NCBI GenBank assembly: GCA_030704615.1
Contig: CM060731.1
Span: forward strand, 64,108,001-64,172,000
Direction: 5' to 3'
Length of the DNA stretch: 64,000 bases
Source: Takakia lepidozioides
Taxonomy: Eukaryota; Plantae; Bryophyta
A program made the position numbers and the translations under genes. Below the pieces are notes generated by a model. That model had not been told where the DNA came from. It ran no database searches and saw only the letters and a program-made list of their open reading frames with translations. Positions 60,001 through 64,000 of this stretch are shown piece by piece. Every line of letters starts with the position of its first letter. Positions within the stretch are counted from its first letter, which is position 1.

Positions 60001-61890
60001 GCAGTTTAGCCATTTTTCCAAGGGGTTTAGCCACGCCAAGCTAGGGTTTGTGTCTCTTGGACTCTAGGCTTCTTTGCACCGAGCTATGGCGGCTGTGAGG
60101 AAATCAGCAAGGTATTCTTGCTCTTTATGGCCCCCACACACCACCAATAGTAACTCTAATTCCAAAGGAAGATGTTGCAACCGAAACTAAGTGCACAAAG
60201 CTTCCTTTAACTCACAAAACAACGCCATTGATCCTATAGCGACTAACCAAACATGGCTGACTTTCAGCCCTTGTAGGCACTCATTCACGTGCTTTTCTTG
60301 ACCATAGCACCTAATCCAGCCCCTGCACCTGCTGCTTCAAGAATTGTGCTCCCTTCAAGCTTGAAGTTGAAACCCCAACTCACATAGGCCCTACAAGTGC
60401 TTTTATTTCACCCCAAGTGGAAACCAGCCCTAGCCCTTCCGTTCTAGCTCTCTAAAGCTTGAAAACAAGAGCCTCAATGGGCTAAAGGCATGCTCCATAC
60501 ATGCCCCACTCTCACCATAAGAGAATCAGCTCATTTGCTTTATTTCTTGCACCCACAAACCTGAAAATACAAGCTTCAGCGGGCTGAAAATATGCTCCAC
60601 ACATGCCCTACAGGGAAACCAGCCCCTTCTTTCCTTTCTTGCACTCCCAAACCTGAAAGTACAAGCCTTCAACAGGCTGAAAGCATGCTCTACACATGCA
60701 TTGCCCTCACATAAGGGAAGTCAGCCCTTCCCTCTTCTTTGCTTGCCCTCCAAGCTTGAAGATGGAAGCTTCAATGAGCTGAATACATGTTCCACACATG
60801 CAACCTCTTCACACAAGAGGTATCAGCCCCCTATCTTGGCTCCTTGGTTCCTTGATGCTCTCTAAGACAAGACTAAGCACTCCACAGCCTTTGCCAAGCT
60901 CCTGAAACCCTAAAGCTTACATTTCCAGCCACAAGACACTCATCTTGTGGTGCAAGAGCTCTTCTTCCAAGCTCTGAAATCCTAGGTGCACATTCCATGG
61001 CCTTGCCGCACCTCTTAGCTCCTGTTCTAGCCTTGCTCTTGCCATGACAAGAGCCCTCTCAATGCTGAAGCTCGAGATTGAAACCCAATCTCAACATACT
61101 CCACAAAGTGCACTGATTTGCCCCAAGCCAAATCAGCCCTTTCGTTTGGTCTTGCAATCCTTCACACAATGAAAGCTCGCATTCCCAAGTCCAGTTCTCA
61201 GCTTTGCCACCAAAGCCACTCTAACCTGCTCTTGACTGGTCCTCTTCCCAATCGTGCTTGCTCATGCATGTACACAATCTGAAACCATCAAGGTGCTCTG
61301 GAATTACCTGTAGCATGGTGCTTTCATCTCTGAAGCTGAAGATCGAATGCCAAGGTCTACTACCTTGTAACCCACATCGCCTCCGCTTCTAACAACCAAG
61401 AGCTCCACGGTGCTCCTTGCATAAAAACCTGGTTTCTCTCATTCTCAAGCAAAAACCACAAGTGCTACAACTAACTCGTATCTGACACTCACAGATACGA
61501 GCTCATCTTATCGAGTGATAAAGAAGAAGAATACAAGCATAATCTCATGCACTCAAATACAAGTCAAGTCAAGTACACCCCACGCCATAGAGAATCCACA
61601 CTACGGCGCCATAGCTAGGCGCAGTGAGGCTCAACTCGATAAAGATGAGCCTCCCGCGCTTGCCGTGAAGATAACCACTCCAGGGCCTAAATCCGCCTTG
61701 ATCCCTGGATTGACACTTGGGCTAATCCCAAATGTCAATATGTAAAAGCTAGCTATTTCCTAGCTAGTTTCACACTAGTGGTAAAATAAACTTGACAATT
61801 CGCTTGTATACTAAGATGTAACGCCTTCACAGCCCGGCTGAGGTCTCTTTGTCTTTATAAATATATTTGAGGGCTACTTTCCCTCATCTG

Positions 61891-61924
<34 letters not shown>

Positions 61925-63059
61925 ATATATATTCAACAATGCTTGCAATATTTGCAAAATAACCTAGGGATAATCTAGCTACATAACACAAGTTTGCGAG
62001 CTCCAAAAAAGTAATAATTGTTGACGAGCACAATCTACTTTCGACCCAACGGCTGATCTGCAAGTGCCACAAATGATGGGCCTTAGCCAAAGCTTGAATA
62101 GGCATCAGTAGGCCTAGCAGGGTGGTGCCAATCAATTACCTCCCAGGTCTCAAGTGAGGTGGCCTAATGGGTTGGCTAGGTAATTATCCGTCAGGGATAT
62201 ACCTTTTGAAGTGAATACTTACCTACCTGCCATGCAAGGATATCTACACCCTAACAATTCGATGATTAATAGATAATTACCCTGTCGGGTCTAGTTGTAG
62301 TTAAATGATTATACGATTATACCATGATGTCCAGGTATATGATATATCCGCACAACACTAAACCAGTGTTGTGCAGGTAAATCGATTTTTGCTTATCCTC
62401 CAGGTAAGGGTAAATAGAAATCAGAGGATTATTTATCCTCTGGGGAAGGGTAAATTATTTGTATGTCCATTTATTTATCCTCCGGGTAAGGGTAATTTTT
62501 TTACATGTCCATTTACTTATCCTACGGGTAAAGGACAAAGGCCAAAAATTTGACCGGATAAGGATAAATACCGGGTAAGGATAAATAATTTACCCTTTTT
62601 ATACCCGCCGGGTAAATAAAGGATATATTGAAGGATATATAGTTTTTAACTAATTAATTAAGGTAATCAATTTTTGGTCTATTTTTTGGTTTAGTATAAG
62701 GCTGATATGTTGTATTCATGTAGTGAATAATATGAGGGATAATCATGAGCTTGTCTCTTTACATCAAAGATAATAATCAAACAAAACCAAATAAAACAAT
62801 GTACGAGTGCCTCGTCCACGAAACTAGTGCCTCGGAGATCCAAGTAAAGATAATAATGAAAAAAAGTATGACAATGCAATGTAATATATAATTTCAAGGC
62901 TTATGGCTAATAATATGACATAATCACTATATTATCTCTATGAAGTGCTAAAGATACACAAGGAGGAAGAAGTGCCAAAATACATGATAGTACCCTACAT
63001 TTAATTAAGTTTACCCTTTTATATACTCTCAAACATTTAAATTTTGAAGTTTAAGGTAA

Positions 63060-64000
63060 CAAACTATCTTTTGAGAGAAGACATTCAAGGTCATATTGAG
63101 ATGAATTTAACTCCAGCTGAAGGTTAGAACATGGATGAGTTTAGAAAGAAGAAGCTCAGAGCTCTCACTATTATCAATCTCTCTCTTTCTGATAAGATCA
63201 TCCACTATATCTCCCACTTGACTAAACCAAAGGCAGTTTGGGATGCTCTTGTCAAGGTGTACGATAACAAATCATCATCTAGGCAAATGGCAGTAAGGAA
63301 TAAGCTTCAGAACATGAAAATGACTGAAGATACTTCAATGGAAGAATTCCTTGAAACCATCACTAGTCTTTGTTACCCAACTTGCTAGCTTTGGTGAAGA
63401 GATCGAGGAGCACATTGTGGTAGAGACCATTCTGAATGCATTGCCCGATTCATACCTTGCTTATAGATATTCCATCATGGATCAGAGAGAGCTCCCAGAT
63501 TTTGCAGAACTCACTTCAAAGTTGCTACATGAGGAAAGTCGAAGAGAGCTACGAGGACGCAAATTGAACCAGAACGAAGTCCTGTGGGTGAAGTTGAAAC
63601 ACTTCAATCATGCGTATAAGAGTACTCGGGGGGCCAGACTTACCTCGACTATGAAATCATCAATGGGTACCTGCAACCGATGTGGTAAGGAGGGTCACTG
63701 GGCGAAGAAATATTGTTCGGTGCCATATGACGAAATCATCCGATCTCGATCCCAACAGGCCAACGTTGTGGAGGACATGCCAGAAGAATCTGATGATGAA
63801 AATAGCGGTGATGTTGTCAAAATGCTTGAAATGGCGATGGCGGCACAATGCACTTGACACACACGTTGTTGTTTCTCCAAGGGATAGACATGCATCATGG
63901 ATTATGGACTCGAAGGCAAGCAAGCATGACACAGACAACTCCAATATTTTTCATAATATTGAAGTAGGCAGCAACAATACTTCTAGTGTATGCTCTGCTA
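63060..64000 (+). pseudogene. Ty1/copia gag-protease remnant, duplicate of 2700-3630
   Basis: RALTIINLSLSDKIIHY, CNRCGKEGHWAKKYC, WIMDSKASKH; lesions differ from the first copy. Confidence 0.85.

Larger units (their letters stand above)
55430..61797 (-). mobile_element. LTR-retrotransposon remnant (gypsy-type gag-protease) carrying a C5-cytosine methyltransferase; 3'-truncated
   Basis: Gag, zinc knuckles, protease and DNMT are collinear on the minus strand. Probable LTR start TGTCAAG at 61797, exactly where homology with 47721 ends. Confidence 0.75.

Noticed and set aside
59248-60067. 253-aa and 107-aa ORFs
   Set aside because: Translations of the CACAG tandem repeat, antisense to the retroelement.
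61590-61620. TGGCGCCGTAG (minus strand) as primer-binding site of the DNMT retroelement
   Set aside because: Not preceded by a CA LTR end and no tRNA match could be verified, so the inner LTR boundary was left undefined.
47573-61937. 14.4-kb Pack-MULE bounded by about 150-bp inverted repeats
   Set aside because: No TSD at its ends and the repeats contain poly(A). They are better explained as two copies of the MULE-A target flank, with ATATTCAAC as MULE-A's TSD.

Overview
Land-plant nuclear DNA (spliceosomal introns, PLS-type PPR and LRR-RLK fragments; a non-seed plant is plausible but that is inference). Only two host genes look usable: a 3-exon cytochrome b5 (8202-9379) and a cation/Ca2+ exchanger CCX (11438-15078). 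The rest is nested transposons and gene fragments. Main discovery: an 11.3-kb TIR DNA transposon (32617-43915, with a second diverged and truncated copy at 19775-26579). It encodes a Mutator-type DDE transposase (GCM-like Zn domain, SWIM) head-to-head with a 10-exon gene fusing a ParB/Srx-like domain to a bacterial beta-class N4C/N6A DNA-methyltransferase-like domain. The introns of that gene carry arrays of 24-bp palindromes whose sequence is copy-specific and differs by compensatory base-pair changes, suggesting a parS-like or VANC-like self-recognition system. Also present: a gag-protease-C5 DNA methyltransferase retrotransposon remnant, a chromovirus, and two At1g60560-like MULEs, each with its own motif satellite. 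One MULE insertion has its two TSD-bearing junctions in inverted orientation, implying a large inversion with testable predictions upstream of the window. All calls were made by eye; no database searches were run.
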